NCBI GenBank assembly: GCA_017654855.1
Contig: CM030338.1
Span: forward strand, 2,232,001-2,296,000
DNA: 64,000 nucleotides
From: Podospora anserina
Lineage: Eukaryota
Direction of reading: 5' to 3'
The notes under the pieces are model-generated. The model saw only the letters and a program-made list of their open reading frames with translations. It did no database searches and was not told the origin of the DNA. The position numbers and the translations under genes are program-made. Positions 37,567-48,568 of this stretch are shown here, piece by piece (position 1 is the stretch's first letter; each line of letters opens with the position of its first letter).

Positions 37567-40500
37567 CGCAACGGCGGAGCCTTGGTTTTCTCTTTGGTCA
37601 GACCGACGACGGCATGAATTCAGTCTTGGGGTTTTCCTAGCGGCGCAGGGGTGTGCCGGGGGATGGTTGACAGGATGAGGTGGCCTAGAGTCTGGAGTCT
37701 GGAATCACCGGGAGGCAGTGCGATGCCGATGGAGAACCAACAGTTGAGCCAGTCCGGCGTGCTGCAGAAGGGGCTGCAGGGTGATGAATAACGAGAGGGA
37801 GAGCAGAGAGCAGTGCAGGAATCCCGACGGGTGCCGGAGCAGTTGTTGAATGCGTTGTGTGACGACCGTCCCTCTTTTGGGCCCAAATCCGAGAAAAGTT
37901 CCAACTCTATTTTTTCCTTTCTCCGGGATGAGCTAGAGAATAGGCACGTGTGTACGGCTTTGCAGAAAGACGACCGAAAAAAAGAAAAAAAAGAACCGAA
38001 GAGACAGGCAGGACCGGCGCCGTCGATGAGGTCGGGTAAGGTGTAGGTGTACCGAATAGGTAGTTGTCGACGACAGTACTATCCAGTATTCAGAGGGGTA
38101 TCTGGCAGGCGGGTGGAGGGTGCCTGTGGTTTTTGTTCAGAGAGCTGGGGTGGTGCCTCCAGGTGGGGCAGGGGATGCGAGCGATGGGCAAATGGTCCCG
38201 ATTCAGGCTGATGGGTTGGCTCGGAGGGTGGGGTGCAGCGCGTTGCGAGGGCGGATTGGACAGGCCGTAAAGCACTTTCAAGAGGCTCACCAATCGCTTA
38301 GGGGACCCCCCTTGACATGAAACGAAGCTCGAGCCAAGCAAGGCGCTTCTCGGGAACATATCACTGCATTCCTGCCCATGCTGCCCCCAAAGACATTGTT
38401 ATCAAAGAACACGGCAATCTTTATTGTTCACTCGTTACAGCCCCCGTGGGCCTCTTTGAAGCTACTCGGAGCAAGCGTCACAAGAGGCAACACCTAGCTA
38501 CCGCTCTTTTGTTTCTTCCCTGTGCCTCTCTACTAACGATGCTGTGTCACCGTTTGGCTCCCCACCACCAGCTGACTGCGCATGACGGCGGCGTCGATAC
38601 CCCGAGCTCGGCTGCCATAACGAGGAGCCGAGAAAGTGGTTCCATTCTACGATGATGTCCTTCCGAGTGTCTATCTCTGCATATCAAACCAGATATATTC
38701 GGAAGCGAGCTGTTTTGCTTGCTTGTTTCCTATTTGAGCAGGCCAAATAAAAACACCTTCCTGACATAGATAGTTTTCTTCATATTCACCAGTTCACCAG
38801 TTCACCATGACCCCTGCCGATGATGAGGGACTTTGTGGCGGGCCGTGATGCCAACCCAACAATGTTGAGAAGAATAGCATCCCGGAAATGCATTCCGTAG
38901 TAGGACAAACAACAGTCTCGTAGGATGGAAACATGTGAGCGGGACACAGGCGTGGCCAATCATGGCGGGGTGAAGTCTTTGCCAGCGGGACGGAATTCGA
39001 CGATGAAACGGGAGCTGTTTCATCAACCACCACGCTCCACCAAGTCGGCAAGTCGTGCCTGTTAGCTTCTCAACCCCGCACTACGCCTGTCAGCTAGCAC
39101 TTGTCGCCGTTCGCCTTAACAGCGACTACCGGGGGACAATGAAGTCATCGTCCGAAGAGCGGTCAATGGCACCGGGTTTGCTTGATAAAGTTGAAGCAGT
39201 TCAACGAGATTACCATCATGCAGCCTTGCGAGGAAGACCCTAATCACCACCCCATCACCACGCCAGGCTGTCGGAAGCACAAGGTATGCCCAAGGTCTGT
39301 CGTTGCTCGTTCGATCTCAAAGCCATCATTCGCTCTGTTCTGTTGATTACCGTTGCTGCCCCCTTTTTTTGCCCCCCGTGGGAACCGAATGATAGGAGCT
39401 GGCTGGGCTGGGCCACAATCCCCCCTAACGGAGGGGTGATGGTCAGACCAAGAGGCCAGGCGGCTACAACCATATGCCTTCTGGGGAATCCTGGAGTAGG
39501 TGATGGCCGAGACGGTGTTGCGGAAGCACAGGCACAGCACAAAAAAAAGATCACCAGGGCATGGCATGGTTTTGGGGCCATTGGTAAGATTGCTGGGGGG
39601 TTGACTGCATTTAAACTGAAACGGGGGAGCACGCTGATCGCAAAGTGTTGTTGTCAGGGGAAAGATTCGGCTTTGTCATCCGTCGTTGGAGGTTCTGGAA
39701 TCCAGACCTTTCCTTCCATCTTGGCACCGGCGCAAGCCACAAGCGAAAAGCTCACGTCACGGTCTGAACAGTGGCCCCGCTTTCACCCGTCAGCCCCGAA
39801 TTCACAAGGAAAATTCCCGGCATATCCTCCCCCCGCCCCACCACCACCACCAACACCACTCACCAGCTGAACATAACGACTGGATGAGGTGATGAAGATA
39901 TGTATGCCGGCATATGCTTCTTATCGTGTTCTGTTCCCGCCCCCCTCCCCCACCTCCTTTTCGGCTATAGGCACGTCTGATTCGACATGTACTCGGAATA
40001 ACCTATCTATACCACTGCTTCTCCGCCTCGTCGTCCACGTTGTCGAGTTTTTATAGCCAAGCTGGCGCCAGTGCAAGACTAACAACCCAACCAGCCCCTC
40101 TTTATGCAATGACCGGGCCAGCACAGGTGCCCGGCCACCCGACAGTGACGGGAGTCCAGACTGCTGTTTTGTTTGTTGGAAGCGGATATCCAATCTGCAC
40201 CTCATCTCGATTCGTAGGCGCAATGTCCACCCCATTTCGACGGCCAGCACTGATCGCCGGGGGGTTCATCCGGTCCCTCGACTGCCCGCTGGGAGCAGAA
40301 CACAACAGCTGAGCTCTGACAGCACCGATTGGCAGGAGCCCCCTGTCGGGAGACCATGTCCCGGTCGCCTGCCATTCGCCAGACTGTTCCCAAAACCGGT
40401 ATGATAACATCATCCTACATCGAGACAGCAAATGCCTGGCAATTCACCACGTCTCCGCCCTGATTTCCTGCGCTGGGATCGATGGAAATCGAAAGAGGGG

Positions 40501-40623
40501 TGGGAACAAGCTCCTGAATGCCCAGATGGAGGCTTCGAGCCCATTGGACCATTGGACCGTGCTTCGCTGGAAAATGGCACTTTGCTTTTGCTTTCTTGCA
40601 TCTCACTTTTTCTCCCATGTCTT

Positions 40624-40666
<43 letters not shown>
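40624..40666. repeat. (TCTG)n microsatellite, about 10-11 units
   Basis: Direct reading. Confidence 0.95.
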
Positions 40667-41426
40667 TGTCTTGTCTGCCGTCCTACCTATGAAGTCCTAC
40701 CCGGCCTGAATCGAAGTTCTTTTGATAGCTCTTTCATGTGCTCTCGGACCAACCTCGTCCACCTTTGCCGTATCATTTTCAACAGGCCGTTCCACGTACG
40801 TCCACGTCCCTGTATCAAATCATCTGATCTACGCCGGCTGTGACGTCGCCGGAGCTTGTCTTGGGATCACATTCGGCTCTCGGCCCTAAGAGTTGGATAT
40901 CACCTTGGGTTTGCTGTTTACGGCCCTCAGGACCTGCCGAAATTTCACGGCCGTTAGGTGGAGGCTTCGACTGCTCCGCGTTCTGGGACGGGGGCTCCGC
41001 CAAACATGTTGAGAGGCTCAACCGTATCTCACCTCGCTACCTCCGATACCCATCCTGCCAACCTCCGCTTCTCTTTTCTGTGAACCGGCCTGGCCATCGA
41101 TCCTGGCTCTTCTTTTCGACCCAATTCGATACCCGAAACACGTCTCGCACCGAATACCCTCCCAATACCAAAATCAAGGGTCCAACATTCTGTCTCGCTT
41201 CTCGCAGCCCCCCGTCTAGCTTGTTCTCGCCTGTTCGCATATCTTTCGCCGGCCTGCTCCTGTTTCAACGTTCAAAGATTGCCCCCAGACCAAGAACAAC
41301 AAGTGACTAACCCTACAATTCTAATTGCAGGCCCTTGTCAAGGTTTTCATTGGGAAAAACCCGCACGCAGGCACTGCTTTGTAGGAAACCCAACTTCCAC
41401 CATCGACTTTGGATTCAGAGTTCAAC

Positions 41427-44400
41427 ATGTCGAGACCACCATCCAAACATTTACAAACCCAGAAAAGGACGAGATCGGGCGTTTCTCTCACCATGACGGA
41501 GCCGGATGGATCTGAAGCAGCCTACAGCCCCACGACCCCGAGTTCCCCGACGAGTTCTCATGGCGAACATCGAAGAAGTTTTTCTCTCAACTCGATCAAA
41601 GGACGGCCATGGCGCTCCATGAGCAACAGCAACAGAGACCGAGATTCTACACCAGACTCGGCGTTTAGGGGCCATGTTAGGAAATTATCCAAATCACGAC
41701 CATATTCGGCATCTCCAGTCGATGGCTTCAGTCGACGTAGCTCAGGCATTTCCGAGGATCACGTCCAAAGTCTTCACAGCCGGTTGTCGTTCACCACAAC
41801 AGATCCCCCGAGTCTCACCCCAAGTTCGTCATCATGTTCCTTCGACTGGAAAACTCAAAGAGTAGAGGGGGGATGTGCGCTGGAACCGGATACAAGTCTG
41901 TTGAAGACCAAGACTCCATACCTGGTGGTCACAACGGACTATCTTCTCAAGATGAAAAGCCGTGCCGACGCAGTGGCATTATTTCCATCATTGGCCATTG
42001 AAGGCGAGAAAGCGCACCATGGCTCCCCCCCGGAGCCTGCTCTCGCCATCCCTATATCGACTGTTGTGGCAGCCTTCTACTCGGAAAGCATCAAGCCGTC
42101 GTTTGGAATCGAAGTATGGTGGAAGGGTTTTGGCGGCCAGTCGTTTTACCGGTCCGAGTTCTTTTTCAGCTTACCGCGGGAGCAACAGAAGATGCTCGAG
42201 AGCATCACGCGAGTAATAGGGACAAAAGAGCAGGACGAGTCTGGGTCTTTGAACAAGTGTGATGATATCAAGCCACTCATGCAAAAGATCCAGATGATGG
42301 AGGAGCCAGTATTCGCAAACAAGGAGTTGGAGATCTTCCCGGTGATCCCACGAGGACATACGAGAAAGGAGTACATGCCAAAGATGGAGGATGCGTCCAA
42401 GAAGTCTCAGGAGGGCTCGGCGTACTATCTGGTCATTGGCACATATCTCTGCTACCTCGCCGAAGTTCAGAGAGGGAAGGCTGGCTCAAGCTACAAGCAC
42501 AGGACGTTCGGCCTGGTCACACTGAACTCGGTGGTTGGGGATTGGTCCTTCCACGAGGAGAGGTTTAATATCTCGTTCCGGTAAGATTGATGGGCAACCA
42601 GATTCTCTGCCTGGTTGTGGCTGACAAGTACCCCTAGTGATCCCTTCAAGACGCCAGTGACACTCGAACTTGCCAGCCGCTACTATCGACAGATCATTCG
42701 CATCCTTGGTACTGCTGACCGCTTTATCAAGCCCAACTGGCCCCAACTTTGGCAGAACCTGGAAATCTTCTCGGTTTCTGGGCTTCGGAACCCTCAGTAC
42801 TTGGTCTCTCGGGAAGACTACGGCGCCATCAAGCGCACACTTGACGCTCACATTGCCGGGTATCGTTGTGCGCCTGTCGAGTGGGAGATCAACTGGAAGA
42901 CTCGGCATGCACCCGAGTTTCGACTGCTCCCGCCAAAGCATGCGGGACTGTACACAGGCCTTCAACTTTTGGCTGTTCTCAGGGCGCTCAGGTATAATGA
43001 CTATTTCAACTCGCTGTCTTTCAAGGATGTGGACTTGTCGATGCTGCACGGCGCGGATGACAATCTGGGCGGGGGCATCAACGTTGCCTACCTGAGCCGG
43101 ACTTGTAAGTTCTCAAAGTGTGTTTCTCTGTTCAGGCAGTCAGCTGACAACACTACAGGCATCAAACTCACCAATGATGAAGTGCAGCTGCTGAAGACCT
43201 GCCCGGTGTTGCACCAGGAGTTCCATGCTCTGGCTTATTGCTCTGAGACGATTCGGCAAATCGATTTCACCAACTGCAGCTATGAGCTGAACAGGGGAAA
43301 GACAGCCGACAGCCACTACCCGACCCTCCAGTTCCTTACGCCTATCCTCCATCTCCTCAAGACCGGCATCTCAAAGTGCAACCGTTTGATCTTGGCCCAC
43401 AATCACCTTTCTGAACATGACATCAGCAACCTCGCCGAGACTATGGAAACGGGTGCCATCAGAGCCCTGGACATCTCGGCTTGTGGCTTGGACGATATGG
43501 GTGTGAGGAGGATCGTCATTGACCCTCTGATGGAGCGCCCTCTTCCTCTCGAGTCATTGACGGTGGCGGGCAACTATGGTCGATTGCCCGCGTATATTTT
43601 GCCTGACCTCTTGCAGCAACTTCCTGAAATTAGAGAGCTCAACCTCTGTGGCAGCATTTTGGGAGACAGTTCGGATGTGGGCCCGCTATTGCCCTTTGAG
43701 CTGCTCGAAAGCCTCCAGTGGCTTGAGTCGATCGATATCACGGGGTGGCTGATCAACGATGAGACCTTGATGGACCTAGAGCGCTTCCTGATGGCGAGAA
43801 GCTGGAAACTGGATCACAGGCAATTTTCAGCCTTCCGCCGGCTTGTCCTCAAGCAATGCGGTATTACGGGATTCAAAGCTGCGGCATTGTTTGAAGCCGT
43901 TGGGAAGGATCATGGCCTGCATATCGGCCTGAGCAACAATCCGATCGAGAACGGCATTGGAGAGTTGGCTGCTGTCATTCGGGAGAACAAGGGACCTGCT
44001 GGTCTGGATATGGAAATGGTTGAGTTCCAGGACGAGGATAACTACCTCGCTCTGATCCACGCCTTGACCGAGACCAAGTACCTCACCGTCCTGAACATGG
44101 CCGGTACAGCACCTGCTCCTTCTCCTACCGGCGTTTGCAGTTCCGAGATGGTCAGCGCGCTGCATGACTTGTTTGCGCGCAACACTTCCATCCGGTGTCT
44201 TGATCTCTCGGGCTTTTCCGGCAGGCTTGATGATGGCCAACTGACCAAGGGATTCGGCCGCAGCTTGAGCGGTCTTGAGCATAACAAGGCGATGACCCAC
44301 CTGCGGATTCGGAACCAGAACCTCCACGACGACGCAGGCACGCTGGGCCAGTCCTTGAAGAGGAACAATACACTGATGGTCCTCGACTGCCAAGACAACA

Positions 44401-45539
44401 ACCTCAATCTGAACAGTTTTGGATTCTTGGTCGACAGCATGAAGATTAACAGGACGATCATCGACTTCCCCTTCACCCCCAAGGAGCGCGCCGACATTTG
44501 GAAGAATGTCCTCAAGGGCCTTCGTCCAGGGCCACGCCCACCTCAGGCCAAAACTGGTCTCCACTTGGGCAAAGATAAAAAGCACAAGGATAAGAAGGAC
44601 GACAAGGACAAGCAGCCTGCGCTTCAGCCCGACGTACAGGAAACTGCTTTGTGGACCATCTTGGAGAAGCAGTTCAGGCAGCTGGACGAACACATCGAGC
44701 GCAACCGCGAGCTTCTCGAGGCATCATCCGGCCAGGTCTTTGATTTCGAGTCCCCAGCCTCCACCCCTATCGACGCCGGACAGGCGGGCGGTGGTTTCAA
44801 TGCTGGTCCTGCTGGTGCAAGCGAGTGGCCTACCCTTCTTGATCTCGAGTTCGACATGGGCACCATCGACCTGAACGACAGCACCACCCCTCCACCTGCG
44901 GTTGCCGGCCCTGTAGGCGAGGCAGTTGCTCATGACGGGACAATCCTTTTGCAGTCCAGCCCTGACCCGAAATCCACACCCGCGGCCGAGGCCCCCAAGA
45001 AGGAGAAACACAGGCCACCCCCTCTCATCCGTCGGAAGACTGTCCGTTCCTCTGCCCTGGACAAGGAGTCCCGGGATGAGCCCCCACCGACACCTTCCTA
45101 CTCCTTGATCGGCCACGTCGGAGTAGGCAGCACAATGTTGAACGCTGCACCCGACTATCCCCCTCCCCCCCCTCCTCCACCCCCCGCCATGCTCGCGGCC
45201 TTTGCCGGGGTCGAGTCACCAACTGATACCCTCGACCCAGTCTCGGAGGTTGAGACGCCAGGGCCGGATGAGTTGCTGCCTACAATGGCTGAGCTTCACT
45301 TTAAGAACTATAACAACATTAGCGTGGCCAACAACATCAATATCACCACCGCTACCACCAAAACCAACACCACTATCACCACGACAACCATCACGCACAG
45401 CAGCAGCACTAGCACGAACAATAGCACTAGGGGTCATAGGTCTACCCCGTCAAATCAGAGTATGGACGAGGAGGAGAAGTTGAGGGAGATGTTGAGTCAG
45501 TATAGGGGAGGATTTATGTTGGGGGGGTTTACTGACTGA
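41427..45539 (+). CDS. Large RNI-like leucine-rich-repeat protein, CARMIL-like, with Pro-rich tail (~1333 aa); exons 41427-42580, 42638-43104, 43159-45539
   Basis: The 391 and 974 aa ORFs join via intron 42581-42637, with an in-frame intron at 43105-43158. Repeated LxxLxLxxN/CxL units; ALRYNDYFNSLSFKD segment; PPPPPPPP tail. Confidence 0.8.
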
Positions 45540-46017
45540 TTTTTTTTTTTTGGGGGGGTTGTTTTAATTTGTTTTGGTGGGGGAAGCGGAGGTTGTTTTG
45601 ATATAATATGAGGACAAGCAAAGGGCACATAACATAGTATATAGAGGGGTATAAATGGCAACATAACAACACGCATATATATTTGGAATTTGGAAGGGTT
45701 GGAGGTTTAGGACAAGGAAGTTTTGAATCATTCAGTGTTCTTTTTTTTTCTTTATCATCATTTGGCATGGCAGAGCAGAGCATGGGAGTGGATTTCATCT
45801 TGGGGGGAATGGTTGTTGTAAGATATAAGGGGATGATGGAGAGGTTGATACCCTATAGAGGATAGTCAATATTGAGTTTATTTCCAAACATGTAATGTTT
45901 GTCTATCTCGGTCGTCTTGTGTCTTTTGTTATATTGAGAGCTTGTGTTGTTATGGTACTCTTCACAGAGCAGGTGCTCCTTCCTCTAATAGCCAGTCATG
46001 CCTTCTTTGAGCATTGT

Positions 46018-46090
46018 GCCTTCCTCACCTGGTCGCTCTTGCCTTCCTCACCTGGTCGCCCTTGCCTTCCTCACCTGGTCGCTCTTGCCT
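46018..46090. repeat. 23-bp tandem repeat, about 3.2 copies (GCCTTCCTCACCTGGTCGCTCTT)
   Basis: Three head-to-tail units with a single T/C difference and no spacers. Confidence 0.92.
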
Positions 46091-46141
46091 CACAATTCGC
46101 TCCTGGGGTTATGACTTAAAATTTCGCAGCAGATAATCACC

Positions 46142-46282
46142 AGAGGTTTGGCGCGGCGGTGTGAGGATAGGCTATACAACCTGGTGATGTCCTGCTCCCA
46201 AATTCTGGTAAGGAGGAATGCGGTAACTGGCTGGAGGCAACTTCCACAGGTTCGTTTCCAGACAGGAGTGCTGAACTCTTTT
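46142..46282 (+). ncRNA. Putative Pol III-transcribed small ncRNA, copy 1 (~140 nt)
   Basis: AT-rich TTAAAATTT about 25 nt upstream; A-box-like TGGCGCGGCGG at 46149; B-box-like GGTTCGTTTCC at 46249; TTTT at 46279. 5' AGAGGTTTGGCGC pairs with 3' GTGCTGAACTCT. Paralogous to copy 2. Confidence 0.55.
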
Positions 46283-46451
46283 GAGTCTTTCCCCATTACA
46301 CACACAATCAGTCCTGCCTCTTCATTGAAAGTCGTTCTTTCCTCCCCATGGCAAACAGCCAAAGCCTTCACTCCCACCCCACCACCGCTCCCTTCACCAC
46401 ACAGCCCGCTCCCGGATTTATAATTTTAAATTTTGCACTCGACAATTCACC

Positions 46452-46595
46452 GGAGGTTTGGTGCAGTGGTATTTACGAGGGACGCCTGAGTATTACTACT
46501 ATTGACCGATCCTTCCGGGGGATATTAAGTGGTACCACCTACTTCCAGCCAACTGACGGGTTCGAGTCGAGGTTGGGACACTGAAACTCTTTTTT
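46452..46595 (+). ncRNA. Putative Pol III-transcribed small ncRNA, copy 2 (~140 nt)
   Basis: TTATAATTTTAAA 22-34 nt upstream; A-box TGGTGCAGTGG at 46459; B-box GGTTCGAGTC at 46559; T6 terminator at 46590 followed by further T-runs. 5' GGAGGTTTGGTG pairs with 3' CACTGAAACTCT. Confidence 0.65.
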
Positions 46596-47005
46596 ATTTT
46601 TAATTTTTATTTTTTTATTCCCCCCCTTCTTTGTGTTGACTTCCACTCATTTCCTTTAGACCATTTCATTGCAACTAGCAGCTTGACTTGTTTAATATTA
46701 TTACTTGCCACCATCAAGTAGCTCTTCTTGTATTAACCTTTGCCTGTGATGTGTCCTTTGGGTGTTGGTATCATGCCTTCATTTCGACCTTGGCTCTGAC
46801 CCAATTCTAAATTGATGTCCAACACCAACGAGCCAAAGCATCATCATCCATCCGCTACACCCGTAGTTTTGATGATCCTTTCTTTCCCCCCTTTGACAAT
46901 ACCGTCCTCTCATTCTTCCCTCAACCACGGCTTTTATTCCACTTCTCCTTTGCCTTTCACAACCCCAAATCCCATATTCCTCCCCCATCTCCCTTTCCCG
47001 AACCC

Positions 47006-47584
47006 TCACATCAACCCCCTAACAAACTGATCCAGCCCCAACTCAAAAAGCTCATTCCTCACCCCCTCACCCCCCTTGTGTTCCACCGGACTGAGCGGGT
47101 TCTTCACCACATACTCCACCCACAGGTTGATATATATCTGATGCAGCACATTCCGCATGCTCAGCGTCGCCACGTCAGTCAGCATGACGAACCGCAGATT
47201 GGAGGCTGTCTCGTAGTAGTGGAGCTTGTACTGCGCGGTTCGGTAACTGATGAAGGCGTCGTCGGAGCCGCCGAGTTTGCGGACCATGTTTCGGAGGGAG
47301 AAGACGGTGCCAAAGATTAGTTTGGCGTTGTCGGAGGATTGTTTTTGGGTGAGGATGCTGGAGGTGGGTTGTTGTGGTGGTTGTTGTGGTGGTTGTTGGG
47401 GGTGGGAGTGGGTAGGGGGGAGGATGTCGGTGGAGGAGGCGGCGGGGGGGGGGAGCCAGGATTTGGAGTAGATGCATTCCGCTGGGGAGAGGTTGTTAGC
47501 AATATATAAGGGGCAGGGAGGGAGGGGGGGGGGAAGGGGGAACGCACTGTGCCGGTCGAATATGTAGAAGGAGTAGACGACCAT
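47006..47584 (-). CDS. BET5: TRAPP complex subunit Bet5/TRAPPC1 (sybindin family, 170 aa); exons 47584-47548, 47481-47006
   Basis: MVVYSFYIFDRH|TECIY...AKLIFGTVFSLRNMVRKL...YRTAQYKLHYYETASNLRFVMLTD...LWVEYVVKNPL. Intron 47547-47482 (GTGCGT..GCTAAC..CAG). Confidence 0.93.
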   Translation of the reverse strand: MVVYSFYIFDRHSAFPLPPPLPPCPLYIANNLSPAECIYSKSWLPPPAASSTDILPPTHSHPQQPPQQPPQQPTSSILTQKQSSDNAKLIFGTVFSLRNMVRKLGGSDDAFISYRTAQYKLHYYETASNLRFVMLTDVATLSMRNVLHQIYINLWVEYVVKNPLSPVEHKGGEGVRNELFELGLDQFVRGLM

Positions 47585-48568
47585 TTTCGGGTTTGGGCCG
47601 GCCGGGCCGCGCGCCGGGTTGAGTGGGAGGATGGGGGAGAGAAGAGAGATGGGGGCGCGCGACGGCGGTGATGGGAGGGTTGGGTGGTGAGGGTGATTAC
47701 TGGGTTTGTAGATCGATTTGGCTGGTATGGACAAGTTGATGCTCGGTAGTTTCCATTGATGTCCCGAAGTGTCGGGCTTCGGTGACCCGCCTGCGGTTGA
47801 CCTCCTTACCACGACGGGGGTCCACACCGGGACCGGGGGTTATTTGCAGGCGTCTTGGCGGTGGCACACAGACCAGGGCACGATCCATCCAACGAACCAG
47901 TCCAGCGGCTCCCGTTTTGGTAAGCTGATCGTCCTTCTCTTTTGGTTACTTCGAAGTCAATTCTCCATCGGTTTGATCATCATGTCGACAAGATACAGAA
48001 AGCTCGAGGAGCCGAAATGACGCACAAAAACACAAACAATAGGATTGGCCTGTTCCCGAGATGCACAGGACGGACCCAATGACGCAGTGAGGCTCCTGGA
48101 CGGGATGTCGGTTGCAGGAAAGAGCGGGGTGGTGGGGGTGAGAGAGGGGCACTTGTCAATTTAGGGGGCCCCTCCCCCTTCAGCTCTGCCCTATGAGGCC
48201 GAGCCAGAGCCCCGTCTCGTCAAGTTGTTGTTTGAGTTGGGCTACACCCTTTGTTGCCAAAGTTCAGTGCTACCCTCCGTTGTCGCCCAAGAATTCTTGT
48301 TGTGCAAAGACGGCCTTGCATAGGTGGATGAACGAAGAGAAGAGACCTAACCTCCATTCAGCAAAAGCAGCACTTTGCTTGGTTGGTTGGTGGCTGGACT
48401 GGACTATCGTCAGAGCATCACCCCAAGGACAAAACACCTTTTCTATCTCTCAAACTCTCGGCCGGCCAAAGCGGCGCCCTTCTTCCCGGCCACTCCCATT
48501 TTTCTTGATTTTCCCCCTTGTCATTATCGATCTGCAGCAGCCATATTAGAAGAGAGACATCCCTAAAA

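Noticed and set aside
39286-39870. 194-aa ORF in the STE11/LRR divergent intergenic region
   Set aside because: No domain or coding-like composition, and it overlaps equally weak ORFs on the other strand.
46018-46090. 23-bp repeats as a CRISPR array
   Set aside because: The units are contiguous with no spacers, the context is eukaryotic and there are no cas genes. It is a simple minisatellite.
46452-46595. Calling copy 2 a tRNA-Arg(CCT) with intron
   Set aside because: A weak D stem and an AGGGA/TCCTT stem exist, but position 33 is not U, the variable region would be about 40 nt, and neither the T stem nor a tRNA acceptor stem pairs.
47585-47827. N-terminal extension of BET5 implied by the 273-aa ORF
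   Set aside because: Non-ATG start. The family N-terminus begins at MVVYSFYIFDRH (ATG 47584, AAAATGG context).
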